A DNA stretch of 38,682 nucleotides from Octopus sinensis (GCF_006345805.1 NW_021835932.1:1-38682), one strand, 5' to 3'; positions 20,911 to 32,357 are shown, counted from the first letter of the stretch. The notes: generated by a model from the sequence alone, not told the origin. Translations and numbers: made by a program.

Positions 20911-23361
20911 CATCATCATCATTGATCGTCTGTGGTCGAGACAATGGAATTTACCATGCTACGCCAGACTTCACGGTCCATCATGGCATTACAGAGGTCC
21001 TGTTGCTGGATGCTTGTATCCCTGGAGATTACATCAGGATAGGAGAGTGTGCGCCCTCTGGTATCGCGAGTAGATGGCTTCCAGAGGAAAAGAGCAGAAA
21101 TTACCTCATTTTCAGCTCTACAACAATGTCCAGCAAACTGGACTCTCCTACCTTTCACAAGAGATGATATGTATGTATGTATATATATATCATCATCATC
21201 ATCATTGTTCGACAATGGAATTTACCATGCTACGCCAGACTTCACAGTCCATCATGGCATTACGGAGGTCCTGTTGCTGGATGCCTGTATCCCTGGAGAT
21301 TACATCAGGGTAGGAGAGTGTGCACCCTCTGGTATCGCGAGTAGATGGCTTCCAGAGGAAAAGAGCAGAAATTACCTCGTTTTCAGCTCTACAAAAATGT
21401 CCAGCAAACTGGACTCTCCTACCTTTCACAAGAGATGATATGTATGTATATATATATATATCATCATCATCATCATTGTTCGACCATGGTCGAGATAATG
21501 AATTTACCATGCTACGCCAGACTTCACAGTCCATCATGGCATTACAGAGGTCCTGTTGCTGGATGCTTGTATCCCTGGAGATTACATCAGGGTAGGAGAG
21601 TGTGCACCCTCTGGTATCGCGAGTAGATGGCTTCCAGAGGAAAAGAGCAGAAATTACCTTGTTTTCAGCTCTACAACAATGTCCAGCAAACTGGACTCTC
21701 CTACCTTTCACAAGAGATGATATGTATGTATATATATATATATCATCATCATCATCATTGTTCGACCATGGTCGAGATAATGAATTTACCATGCTACGCC
21801 AGACTTCACGGTCCATCATGGCATTACGGAGGTCCTGTTGCTGGATGCCTGTATCCCTGGAGATTACATCAGGGTAGGAGAGTGTGCGCCCTCTGGTATT
21901 GCGAGTAGATGGCTTCCAGAGGAGAAGAGTAGAAATTACCTCTTTTTCAGCTCTACAACAATGTCCAGCAAACTGGACTCTCCTACCTTTCACAAGAGAT
22001 GATATGTATGTATATATATATATATCATCATCATCATCATTGTTCGACCATGGTCGAGATAATGAATTTACCATGCTACGCCAGACTTCACGTCCATCAT
22101 GGCATTACGGAGGTCCTGTTGCGGATGCCTGTATCCCTGGAGATTACATCAGGGTAGGAGAGTGTGCGCCCTCTGGTATTGCGAGTAGATGGCTTCCAGA
22201 GGGAAAGAGTAGAAATTACCTCTTTTTCAGCTCTACAACAATGTCCAGCAAACGGACTCTTCTACCTTTCACAAGAGATGATATGTATGTATATATATAT
22301 ATATATATCTCATCATCATCATTGTTCGATTGTGGTCGAGACAATGGAATTTACCATGCTACACCAGACTTCACGGTCCATCATGGCATTACGGAGGTCC
22401 TGTTGCTGGATACCTGTATCCCTGGAGATTACATCAGGGTAGGAGAGTGTGCGTCCTCTGGTATTGCGAGCAGATGGCTTCCAGAGGAAAAGAGCAGAAA
22501 TTACCTCATTTTCAGCTCTACAACAATGTCCAGCAAACTGGACTCTCCTACCTTTCACAAGAGATGATATGTATGTATATATATATATATATCATCATCA
22601 TCATTGTTCGACCATGGTCAAGATAATGAATTTACCATGCTACGCCAGACTTCACAGTCCATCATGGCATTACAGAGGTCCTGTTGCTGGATGCTTGTAT
22701 CCCTGGAGATTACATCAGGGTAGGAGAGTGTGCACCCTCTGGTATCGCGAGTAGATGGCTTCCAGAGGAAAAGAGCAGAAATTACCTCGTTTTCAGCTCT
22801 ACAACAATGTCCAGCAAACTGGACTCTCCTACCTTTCACAAGAGATGATATGTATGTATATATATATATATCATCATCATCATTGTTCAACCATGGTCGA
22901 GATAATGAATTTACCATGCTACGCCAGACTTCACGGTCCATCATGGCATTACGGAGGTCCTGTTGCTGGATGCCTGTATCCCTGGAGATTACATCAGGGT
23001 AGGAGAGTGTGCGCCCTCTGGTATTGCGAGTAGATGGCTTCCAGAGGAGAAGAGTAGAAATTACCTCTTTTTCAGCTCTACAACAATGTCCAGCAAACTG
23101 GACTCTTCTACCTTTCACAAGAGATGATATGTATGTATGTATATATATATATATATACTTTGATACTTTGATAGGTTTCGGCCATTATTGGCCCAGGCCA
23201 TGTCTAACTTAATAGCACCACCTGGGTGGTGCTATTATATATCATCATCATCATTGTTCGACTGTGGTTGAGACAATGGAATTTACCATGCTATGCCAGA
23301 CTGTTGCTGGATGCTTGTATCCCTGGAAATTACATCAGGGTAGGAGAGTGTGCACCCTCTG
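19126..23361 (-). repeat. Tandem array of RTE-2 LINE 3' ends: 14 full ~255-bp units with (TGA)n tails and (TA)n/(CATA)n spacers, plus 1 shorter unit
   Basis: Every unit encodes SSLVKGRRVQFAGH...VEQ on the minus strand. Full units share the same 5' break (tcatctcttgtga). The period is about 270-320 bp. GCAAGCTA flanks the array at 19118-19125 and 23362-23369. Confidence 0.95.
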
Positions 23362-23579
23362 GCAAGCTAACAGAATCAGGAGCATGCCAAGCAAAACTCT
23401 TAGTGACCTTTCATCCACTGTTATGTTCTGAGTTCAATTTCTGCTGAGGTTGACTTTGCCTTTTATCCTTTCGGGGTCAATAAAAATAAATACCAGTTGA
23501 GTACCGGGATCGATGTAATTGTCTACCCCCCTCCCCCAAAATTTCAGGCCTTGTGCCCATAGTAAAACGGATTATTATT

Positions 23580-24155
23580 AGACCTTTGGAAATATGCTGT
23601 ACGTGAGAAGACCAGGCAGGACAAGTGAGCCCAGCCCACTTATGCATGCCTTTCCTCCCTTGGACACAAAGACCTGTTGAGGCAAGCGAAGTTGATATCG
23701 AACCTCATCCGACGACAGGCACCCATGCCAACCCCCTTTGCTTGCGAAGACATGTTGGCGCAAGTGAAATCGAAATCGAAATTGAACCAATCCTATGACT
23801 GGCACCCGGCAGATGCCAAGACCCCTGGACTGGTGGTATGTAAAAAGCACTATCCAAATCGTGGCTGATGCCAGCGCCGTCTCGACTGGCTTCCGTGCCG
23901 GTGGCACGTAAATTGCACCAATCCGACCGTGGCCGTTGCCAGCCTCGCCTGGCACCTGTGCAGGTGGCACGTAAAAAGCACCCACTACACTCACGGAGTG
24001 GTTGGTGTTAGGAAGGGCATCCAGCTGTAGAAACACTGCCAGATAAGACTGGAGCCTGGTGCAGCCTTCTGGCTTCCCAGATCCCCGGTCGAAACCGTCC
24101 AACCCATGCTAGCATGGGAAACGGACGTTAAACGATGATGATGATGATGATGATT
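23580..24155 (+). mobile_element. RTE-1 3' end with (GAT)n tail
   Basis: gacctttggaaatatgctgtacgtgagaagacc...ggacgttaaacgatgatgatg, matching 533-1160. Confidence 0.8.
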
Positions 24156-24336
24156 GTTGTTATTATTAAAGGCGGCAAGCTGGCAGAATCATTCGCATGC
24201 TGGGCAAATTACTTAGAGGCTTTTGTCTGTCTGTATGTCCTGAGTTCAATTTCCGCCAAAGGTGTTTGGGGTTGATGTAATCAACAGGTCCCCTCCCCAT
24301 AAAATTTCAGGCCTTGTGCCTTTAGTAGAAAGATTA

Positions 24337-24378
<42 letters not shown>

Positions 24379-24489
24379 CAGTATTTTTGTAGATATTAAT
24401 ATTTATATATAGAAATCACAAATATATAATTATTATGAATAATAATAATAATTATTATTATTATTATTAAGCTGATTAGTATTACATGC

Positions 24490-25085
24490 TAAACAAAAAA
24501 ATATTTTTGAAAAAAAATCAAAAAATATATATGTATATATATATATTTGTATGTGTATGTATATATATATGTATGTGTATATGTATATATATATGTATGT
24601 GTATATATATATATATATATGTGTATGTATATATATATATATGTGTATGTATATATGTGTATGTGTATATATTTGTGAGTATATGTATGTGTATATATAT
24701 GTGTGTATGTATATATATGTATGTGTGTATGTATATATATGTATGTGTGTATGTATATGTATGTATATATATATATGTATATATATGTATGTATATATAT
24801 ATATATATGTATTTGTATGTATATATAGATATATGTATATGTATGTATATATGGTGGTGTGTATATATGTATCTAGATATGTATGTATATGTATATAATT
24901 ATCTATATGTGTGTTTCTATATATGTTCGTGTGTGTGTATGTGTGTGTCTATATATGTATGTGTGTGTCTATGTATATACATATATATGCGACAGATATC
25001 AACTGATTTCACTGTTGCCCTAGTGTATGTGTAAGCATGTGTCTGTGCGTATGTATGCATGTGTGTGTGTGTGTGTGTGTGCATT
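24490..25085. repeat. (TA)/(TATG)/(TG)n microsatellite field
   Basis: Seen directly; source of the Y/I/C/M/V-rich spurious ORFs. Confidence 0.95.
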
Positions 25086-25385
25086 TGCGAGCATCTGCAC
25101 ATGTGTTGGATGAGCAAAGACCCGCAGACAATTGGTGCAATGCTGCAAGACTTATCCAGCATAATAATACAACAAACATTGGAAAAAAATTTTAAAAGAT
25201 GAAAGAAACCTGGAGGTGGTGATGATGATAATGATGATGATTCTTATTAATATTATTATTATTATTATTATTATTGTTATTGATGTTATTGTTGTTTATT
25301 AATATTGTTGTTATTAATGATATTGTTATTGCTGTTGTTTCTTGTTTTTGGTTGTTTTTTTTTATATGTATGTGTCCCTGCAGAT

Positions 25386-26072
25386 GTGGCTGTGTGGTAA
25401 GAAGTTTGCTTCCCAACCACTTGGTTCCGGGTTCAGTCCCACTGCGTGGCCCCTTGGGCAAGTGTCTTCTACTATAGCCTCGGGCTTACCAAAGCCTTGT
25501 GAGTGGATTTGGTTGACGGAAACTGAAAGAAGCCCGTCGTATATATATATATATATATAGGTGCAGGAGTGGCTGTGTGGTAAGAAGTTTGCTTCCCAAC
25601 CACTTGGTTCCGGGTTCAGTCCCACTGCGTGGCCCCTTGGGCAAGTGTCTTCTGCTATAGCCTCGGGTCAACCAAAGCCTTGTGAGTGGATTTGGTAGAC
25701 GGAAACTGAAAGAAGCCTGTCGTATATATATATAGGTGCAGGAGTGGCTGTGTGGTAAGTAGCTTGCTTACCAACCACATGGTTCCGGGTTCAGTCCCAC
25801 TGCGTGGCCCCTTGGGCAAGTGTCTTCTACTATAGCCTCGGGCCAACCAAAGCCTTGTGAGTGGATTTGGTAGACAGAAACTGAAAGAAGCCTGTCGTGT
25901 GTGTGTGTGTGGCTTCTTTCAGTTTCTGTCTACCAAATTCACTCACAAGGATTTGGTTGGCCCGAGGATATTGTAGAAGACACTTTCCCAAGGTGCCAGG
26001 CAGTGGGACAGAACCCGGAACCATGTGGTTGGAAAACAAGCTTCTTACCACCCAGACACGCCTGCACCTATA
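25386..26072. mobile_element. Three tandem SINE-A heads (+) followed by one inverted head (-)
   Basis: Heads start near 25386, 25563 and 25738; the inverted copy is at 25911-26072. Confidence 0.85.
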
Positions 26073-26380
26073 AGTGTAACCTCTCAAAAGAGCTGTTCTT
26101 CACTCCTGCTCCAGAGTGTCAGCTGCGGGGTCACTCCGAATAGCTCTATCTACGATGATTTCATCTCAATCGAAGGAGAGGGGCTTTTTCCATCCTGGTT
26201 GCGGATCCGTGGAATAAGCTGCCGGACAAGATAGTGAAGATGCCGATGACCGCTCGGTTCAAAGTCTCTCTTGACCAGAAATGGCCTGAACTCTTTGCAT
26301 GAACACCCTCCCTGTACATAACTCCATATCCCCCTACATGGCCTTGCTTTTTGCTTTTTGAGCCAAAAAATTAACTTAAC
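26073..26380 (+). mobile_element. CR1-group LINE 3' end, same family as 9790-10222
   Basis: aagtgtaacctctc...gagccaaaaaattaacttaac is near-identical to 9911-10222. Confidence 0.85.
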
Positions 26381-26412
<32 letters not shown>

Positions 26413-26440
26413 CACAGCCACGCCTGCACCTATATATATA

Positions 26441-26472
<32 letters not shown>

Positions 26473-26924
26473 CTTACTTGGAAGTGGAGGCGTGGCATTT
26501 GATCATATGACAACATAATGAATAAACATATGCATATATACATACATATATGTACATACCAACATCTATATGTATATATACATGCATATATGGGTTCAGG
26601 ACACCAAAAAGAAATATAGAACACAATGAGAAATGAAAACACAAAAACATGGAAATGGACTTTTTTCAAACAACGAAAAAACAGAGTAGAAGACATACAA
26701 CACAAGGAATATTCCCCTTACCTTCAAAACACGGAGTAGTCGAAACAGGGGCAACTGGTACTTATTTAATCGACCCCGTAAGGATGAAAGTCAAAGTCGG
26801 CCTTGGTGGAATTTGAACTCAAAACGTAGCGGCAGACAAAATGCCACTAAGCATTTCGTCTGGCGTGTTAACGTCTCTGCCAGCTCACCTCCTTAATAAC
26901 AATAATAATCCTTTCAAAAGCGAA

Positions 26925-27905
26925 TAAGCATCGACAGGTAGCAAGCCAAGCTACTCCAGACTGATGAAGAGCAATAACTCCGAAACTAGTCAGAATAATC
27001 AGGAAAGTGTCAGATAGTTGAAGAGAACAGATAGCATGGTACCGTAGGCTGCAGGTAGCAAGACTCGGAATTCCAAGAAAACCCATGATAAAGAGAAATA
27101 ATGATAATAATAATTGGAAATTAGAATAGAGTGCCCTGTAGAACTGTTTTAAAAGGTTTGCCTCCTTGGCACGGCCAGAATATTCAGGAAAGTGTCAGAT
27201 AGTTGAAGAGAACAGATAGCATGGTACCGTAGGCTGCAGGTAGCAAGACACGAGGAATTACAAGAAAATCTGTGATAAAGAGAAATAATAATAATAATTA
27301 ATTCGTTTATTGGCCACAAGGGCTAACAAAAATCTAATAAAACATGTAAGGACAAAATACAGGACGAAAGTTACAAAAAGGGTTTTGTCCATTTGTAAAG
27401 TCCGTGTAAAAATGCAAGATAACAACGAAAATATAACAAGTAAAAACTCCCAATAAGGGGAGGCGCTTCGAATGGTTACTCATGGAAAAACCCATAAAGG
27501 CCATGGGAGCCTGGTCAAAAATGTGGGTAGAGAGCCCCTTTCTCCTTTTATATTACCTTTTTTTTTACAGGTGTATCCTCAGAATTGGTCCATTCATAAT
27601 AATAATAATTGGAAATCAGAATAGCATGCCCTGTAGAACTTTTATAAAAGGTTTGCCTCCTTGGCACGGCCAGAATAATCAGGTAAGTCTTAGAGAGTTG
27701 AAAAGAACAGATAGCATGGTACCGTAGGCTGCAGGTAGCAAGACTCAGGTAATTCCAAGAAAACCTGTGATAAAGAGAAATGATAATAATAATAATTGGA
27801 AATTAGAATAGAGTGCCCTGTAGAACTGTTATAAAAGGTTTGCCTCCTTGGCACGGCCAGAATAATCAGGTAAGTCAAGACTCCAGGAATTCCAAGAAAA
27901 CCAGA
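26925..27905 (+). mobile_element. Hammerhead-bearing leader plus tandem R4/Dong 3'-end units, interrupted by another repeat at about 27300-27600
   Basis: The leader is shared with 16634-16701. Units start ttggaaat(t/c)agaatag at 27114, 27609 and 27796, each after (AAT)n. Confidence 0.7.
26956..26992 (+). ncRNA. Second copy of the minimal hammerhead-like motif, 3' stem I strand missing
   Basis: The core is identical to 16665-16701, but the sequence switches to the R4 unit one base after GTC. Confidence 0.4.
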
Positions 27906-28179
27906 GTTAAAAGAATAACAAAAATGGTTTCAAATTTTAGCACAAGGCCAGCAGTTTAGGGGACGCAGGTAAGTTTATTACATTGACCTCAGTGCTCAGC
28001 AGTTGCTCATTTTATCGACCCCAAAAGGATGGAAAGCAAAAATCAACATTGGTGGGATTTGAACTCGGGATTTAAAGACCGATGAAATGCCGCTAAGCAT
28101 TTTGTCTAGCATGCTAACAATTCTTATTTCTTTATTGTCCACAAGGGGCTGAACATAGAGGGGACAAACAAAGACAGCC

Positions 28180-28470
28180 GGGTCTTCTGAGGCACAGCAT
28201 ATTTCCAAAAGTCTCGGTCGCTAGTCATTTCCTTGGTGAGGCCTAATGTTTGAAGGTCGTGCTTCACCACTTCATCCCAGGTCTTCCTGGGTCTACCTCT
28301 TCCACAGGTTCCCTCAACCGCTAGGGTGTGGCTCTTTTTCACACAGCTGTCCTCATCCAATCTCGCCACATGACCATACCAGCGCAGTTGTCTCTCTTGC
28401 ACACCACATCTAATGCTTCTGAGGTCCAACTTTTCTCTCAAGTACTTACACTCTTGAGAGAAAAGTTGGA
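28180..28470 (-). mobile_element. RTE-1 C-terminal coding fragment
   Basis: LREKLDLRSIRCGVQERQLRWYGHVAR...GRGRPRKTWDEVV...DRDFWK. Confidence 0.85.
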
Positions 28471-28494
28471 CTCTCTCTCTCTCTCTCTCTCTCT

Positions 28495-28704
28495 TTACTC
28501 TCTTACTTGTTTCAGTCATTTGACTGCGGCCATGCTGGAGCACCGCCTTTAATCAAGCAAATCGACCCCAGGACTTATTCTTTGTAAGCCCAGTACTTAT
28601 TCTATCGGTCTCTTTTGCCGAACCATTAAGTAACGGGGATGTAAACACACCAGCATCGGTTGTCAAGCAATGCTAGAGGGACAAACACAGACACACAAAC
28701 ATAT

Positions 28705-28735
<31 letters not shown>

Positions 28736-28780
28736 CGACAGGCTTCTTTCAGTTTCCATCTACCAAATCCACTCACAATG
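28495..28780 (-). mobile_element. SINE-A lacking its head
   Basis: Matches 5917-6210. Confidence 0.7.
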
Positions 28781-28784
28781 ATGA

Positions 28785-30117
28785 TATTTACCAAAATTAT
28801 ATAAAAATATCTTGACAGGCTAAAGAGTAAATTTATTCAATAAAACCACCATTGGCTTCAACCATGGCCTCCAAACGAAGTCGGAATCTCCTGCAACTCT
28901 TCTGGATGGTCCCCTTGTTTAAAGTTGGTGAATGCTGCCATAATCCCTGCCTTCAGTTCATCTTTAGTGTTACAAGGAGTTTTGTTGGTCTCTCACTCAA
29001 CTGCACCCCACACATAATAATCAAGGGGGTTGCAGTCTGGGAAGTTAGGTGGCCAGATTTTAGGGGGGTGATGTGATCGCAGAAATTGTCTGATAGCCAT
29101 GAATGGGTTCTCCTGCTTGTCTGGCATGGTGCAGAGTCCTGTTGCCAGACATAGGGTCTTCCAGCAGTCACCCTCTTGAACCAGGACAGCACTACTTCCT
29201 CTAAGCACTTGATGTAGGCTTCCGTGTTGAGTTTGAGAAAGGGTATGGCCTGGTCAGCCTGTAATGACATGCATAAGATCTGGTCATCAAATCTAAGTAG
29301 AGACTTCAAACTTGAAATCTTCAAAGCCACAGTTGAACCAATTCTACTATATGGCTCAGAAACCTGGACGTTATCAAAGAAGCTTGAGAGGCGGTTGGAT
29401 GGAACCTACACTCGCCTCCTTATGAGAGCTCAAAATCTCTCGTGGAAGCGTCATCCAACCAAAATGCAAATACATGGGAAACTACCACCTGTGTCATCTC
29501 TTGTGAAAGTAGGAGAGTCCAGTTTGCTGGACATTGTTGTAGAGCTGAAAAAGAGGTAATTTCTACTCTTCTCCTCTGGAAGCCATCTACTTGCAATACC
29601 AGAGGGCACACACTCTCCTACCCGGATGTAATCTCCAGGGATACAGGCATCCAGCAACAGGACCTCTGTAATGCCATGATGGACCATGAAGTCTGGCGTA
29701 GCATGGTAAATTCCATTGTCTTGACCACGGTCAAACAATGATGATGATGATTGAGATTGTGTGGGAAGATGAATGGAGACATAACGTTGCCATCACTAGT
29801 GATCACTCCAAATACCATGGTGTTGACTGGATGTTTGATTTTTATCACTCTCGGTACATCTCAGATTGCGCTGTCCTGAGATTGACACCCAAACATTCTG
29901 AAATGTTCGTATTGAAGCTTGCAGCATGAACACCAAGCAGCACAGCATGCCGTTTCCAAATTTCTAGCTGAGTGAATCACATCATGGTGCTGTTTATCTC
30001 ACAGACAGTGCCCAACTGACCCTACTACACTGTGTATTTGACAAAGTCAGAAGCAAACAATGCCTATGCTTGAAATTAAAAATATAAAATGGTAACGATT
30101 TACCCATCGCCACCCTG
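28785..30117 (-). mobile_element. Decayed Tc1/mariner-superfamily (maT/DD37D-like) transposon
   Basis: KHPVNTMVFGVITSDG..PFIFPHNL|KLNTEAYIKCLEEVV...WQQDSAPC...WPPNFPDCNPLDYYVWG, with frameshifts. Terminal TA|cagggtg at 30119-30111. The subfamily assignment is by motif recall only. Confidence 0.8.
29238..29750 (+). mobile_element. RTE-2 LINE 3' end inserted in the transposase gene
   Basis: KLEIFKATVEPILLYGSETWTLSKKLE...; 5-bp TSD TTGAG at 29233-29237 and 29751-29755. Removing it restores the PHNLKLN reading frame. Confidence 0.85.
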
Positions 30118-30164
30118 TATATGTGCACACACATATTAGATATATTTATATTTTATATATATTA

Positions 30165-30203
<39 letters not shown>

Positions 30204-30325
30204 TAAATAGAGACAAAACCACTATTAGGCAAATCATACAATGAAAAACTTAAGCCAATACATAAGATTATTTAATTTATATTATTTAAATATATAAAAA
30301 ATTATTAAAAAATATAATCAATCAT

Positions 30326-30393
30326 AACCTACGATCGTTTCATGGCTGTTAATTTCTTTAAATTTTCAAGTCACAGTCATTCATCAGGTGGTT
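30326..30393 (-). ncRNA. Type I hammerhead-ribozyme-like motif, family 2
   Basis: Minus strand: aaccac-CTGATGA-atgactgt-(23 nt)-acagccat-GAAAC-gatc-GTA^ggtt. Stem II pairs at 7 of 8 positions, stem III is the palindrome ACGATCGT, and stem I is AACC/GGTT with a 2-nt bulge. Confidence 0.6.
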
Positions 30394-30759
30394 TAAATAT
30401 TTATCTTGCGCGAGTTTTGTCTAATTTAATATAATATATATTTTACTATAAAATTGGATTCAATCCTAAATCTGATTTTTCCCTGTAAGTTTGGATTTAT
30501 TCCCTAATATTTTTATTATATATATATATATATATAGTTATCCGTAATAATGAAGGGTGAATTAATTAATTTGGAAAAATTATCAATTACACCAAGTAAG
30601 TCTCGCATGTAAAAGCCTCATTCGAGGGAGAAAATTTAAGTAATACTAAGCAATAAGGTTTAGCAACGAGTTGCCTTACCACATACCGAATTTAGAAATA
30701 GCGTCAAAGGGTATAGCTATTTCTTCTACTATATATATATATGCACACATGATTTTGTG

Positions 30760-30809
<50 letters not shown>

Positions 30810-31338
30810 TATATAAATCCTTAAAAATGTTTTAGCCCAAAGGCCACGGCCATGCTGGGGCACCACCGCTCACAAATTCATGTGTGCATATATACACTTA
30901 CATACATACATACATAAAGATCTATGAGTGTGTCTGAATAAATACACACACACATAGTGTTTGTGCATGTGTGTGTCTGAGATAGACAGAGAAAGAGATA
31001 TATATAGAGGAGAGACAGACAGACAGAGACTGGATGAGAATAATTTTTGAGGAAAGTGAAAAAGAAAATTTAATAGTGTTTAAAATAAGGTCATTATGAC
31101 AACGTTAATAATAAAATTAATTAATCACCTTGTGTTAATTTTTTTTCATTAATAAAATTGATTTATTTTATTTTAACGAGTAATAATTAAAATGGAAGTG
31201 TTTGAGTTGAGGATGGCCTGCTATGGGTCAGAAGAGCATCAAGTAATATGTCTTGTGACATTTGTTCTGCCACAGGTTACCTTGGAGTACATAACTGCAA
31301 CTACCAGGAAAGAAACATGAGGTAATGCAGTCCCAGAT

Positions 31339-31572
31339 ACACTGTGTCAGAATAAAAGATAGGATGATCACAGTTGGATTGTCTTTGATTGTAGGTCTGC
31401 TAGATGAAGGTTGCCCGGGGCTAAACAACAACATGGGTGGAACATTAAATGATGTAGTCCTAGGTACACTGTGTCAGAATAAAAGATAGGATGATCATAG
31501 TTGGATTGTCTTTGATTGTAGGTCTGCTAGATGAAGGTTGCCCAGGGCTAAACAACAATATGGACGGAACAT
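31339..31572. repeat. Tandem duplication of about 120 bp
   Basis: tacactgtgtcagaataaaagatagg...ggaacatta(a/g)atgatgta is present twice. Confidence 0.8.
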
Positions 31573-32357
31573 TAGATGATGTATATATAAATATACGACG
31601 GGCTTCTTTCAGTTTCCATCTACCAAATCCACTCCCAAGGCTTTGGTCGGCCCGAGGCTATAGTAGAAGGCACCTGTCCAAGGTGCCACGCAGTGGGACT
31701 GAACCCGGGCCATGTAGTAAGCAAGCTATTTACCACACAGCCGCTCCTACACCTATTATATACATATACATATTTTTCATTATTATTGAGCAACGTTTGG
31801 TAAGTGTCAATATACGAAACTTTCGGACCTTGAATCACTCAATAATCTCTACTGATTTAATAATTAATTCTTTTATTGGTTACAAGGGCTGACAAATATG
31901 ACTGGAAAACATAAAGGGACAAAACAGGCCGAAAGGTTACAAAAGGTTTTGTCCGTTTTTCGAAAGAAAAAGGTCCGTGTAAACAAAGTTTTAAAACAAC
32001 GAAAGAAATTCTACATAATAAGATATGTACAGGCATACTTCAATTTATGTTGGCAATTAGTTACTTATTCTATAAGTCTCTTCTGCCGAACCGCTAAGTT
32101 ACGGGGGTAAAGACAAAGCAACACCAGTAGTCAAGTGGCAGAGTGGGGACAGACGCCCTCCCCCCGCCACACACATAATGGGCTTCCACACAGTTTCGTC
32201 TATGAAATTTACTCACTGGGCTTCAGTCGGTCTGGAACTATAGTAGGTGGCACCTACCCAAGGTGTTAATAATAATAATAATAAACATTGTGTACAGTGC
32301 TCAGGTGCACTACAAAACATTCGACGTAATTCGGAAAACTACATTAAAAGAAAATTT

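Noticed and set aside
23202-23209. AGTTAGAC (minus strand) identical to the hAT spacer 8-mer
   Set aside because: One extra occurrence of an 8-mer in 39 kb on two strands is expected by chance.
19126-23361. CRISPR-like repeat/spacer periodicity
   Set aside because: The units are ~255-bp LINE fragments and the spacers are microsatellites; the context is eukaryotic and there are no cas genes.
31276-31321. Possible 46-nt + strand exon (ctgccacag|...gag|gtaatg)
   Set aside because: No gene context or recognisable peptide, and it is adjacent to a duplicated repeat-like block.
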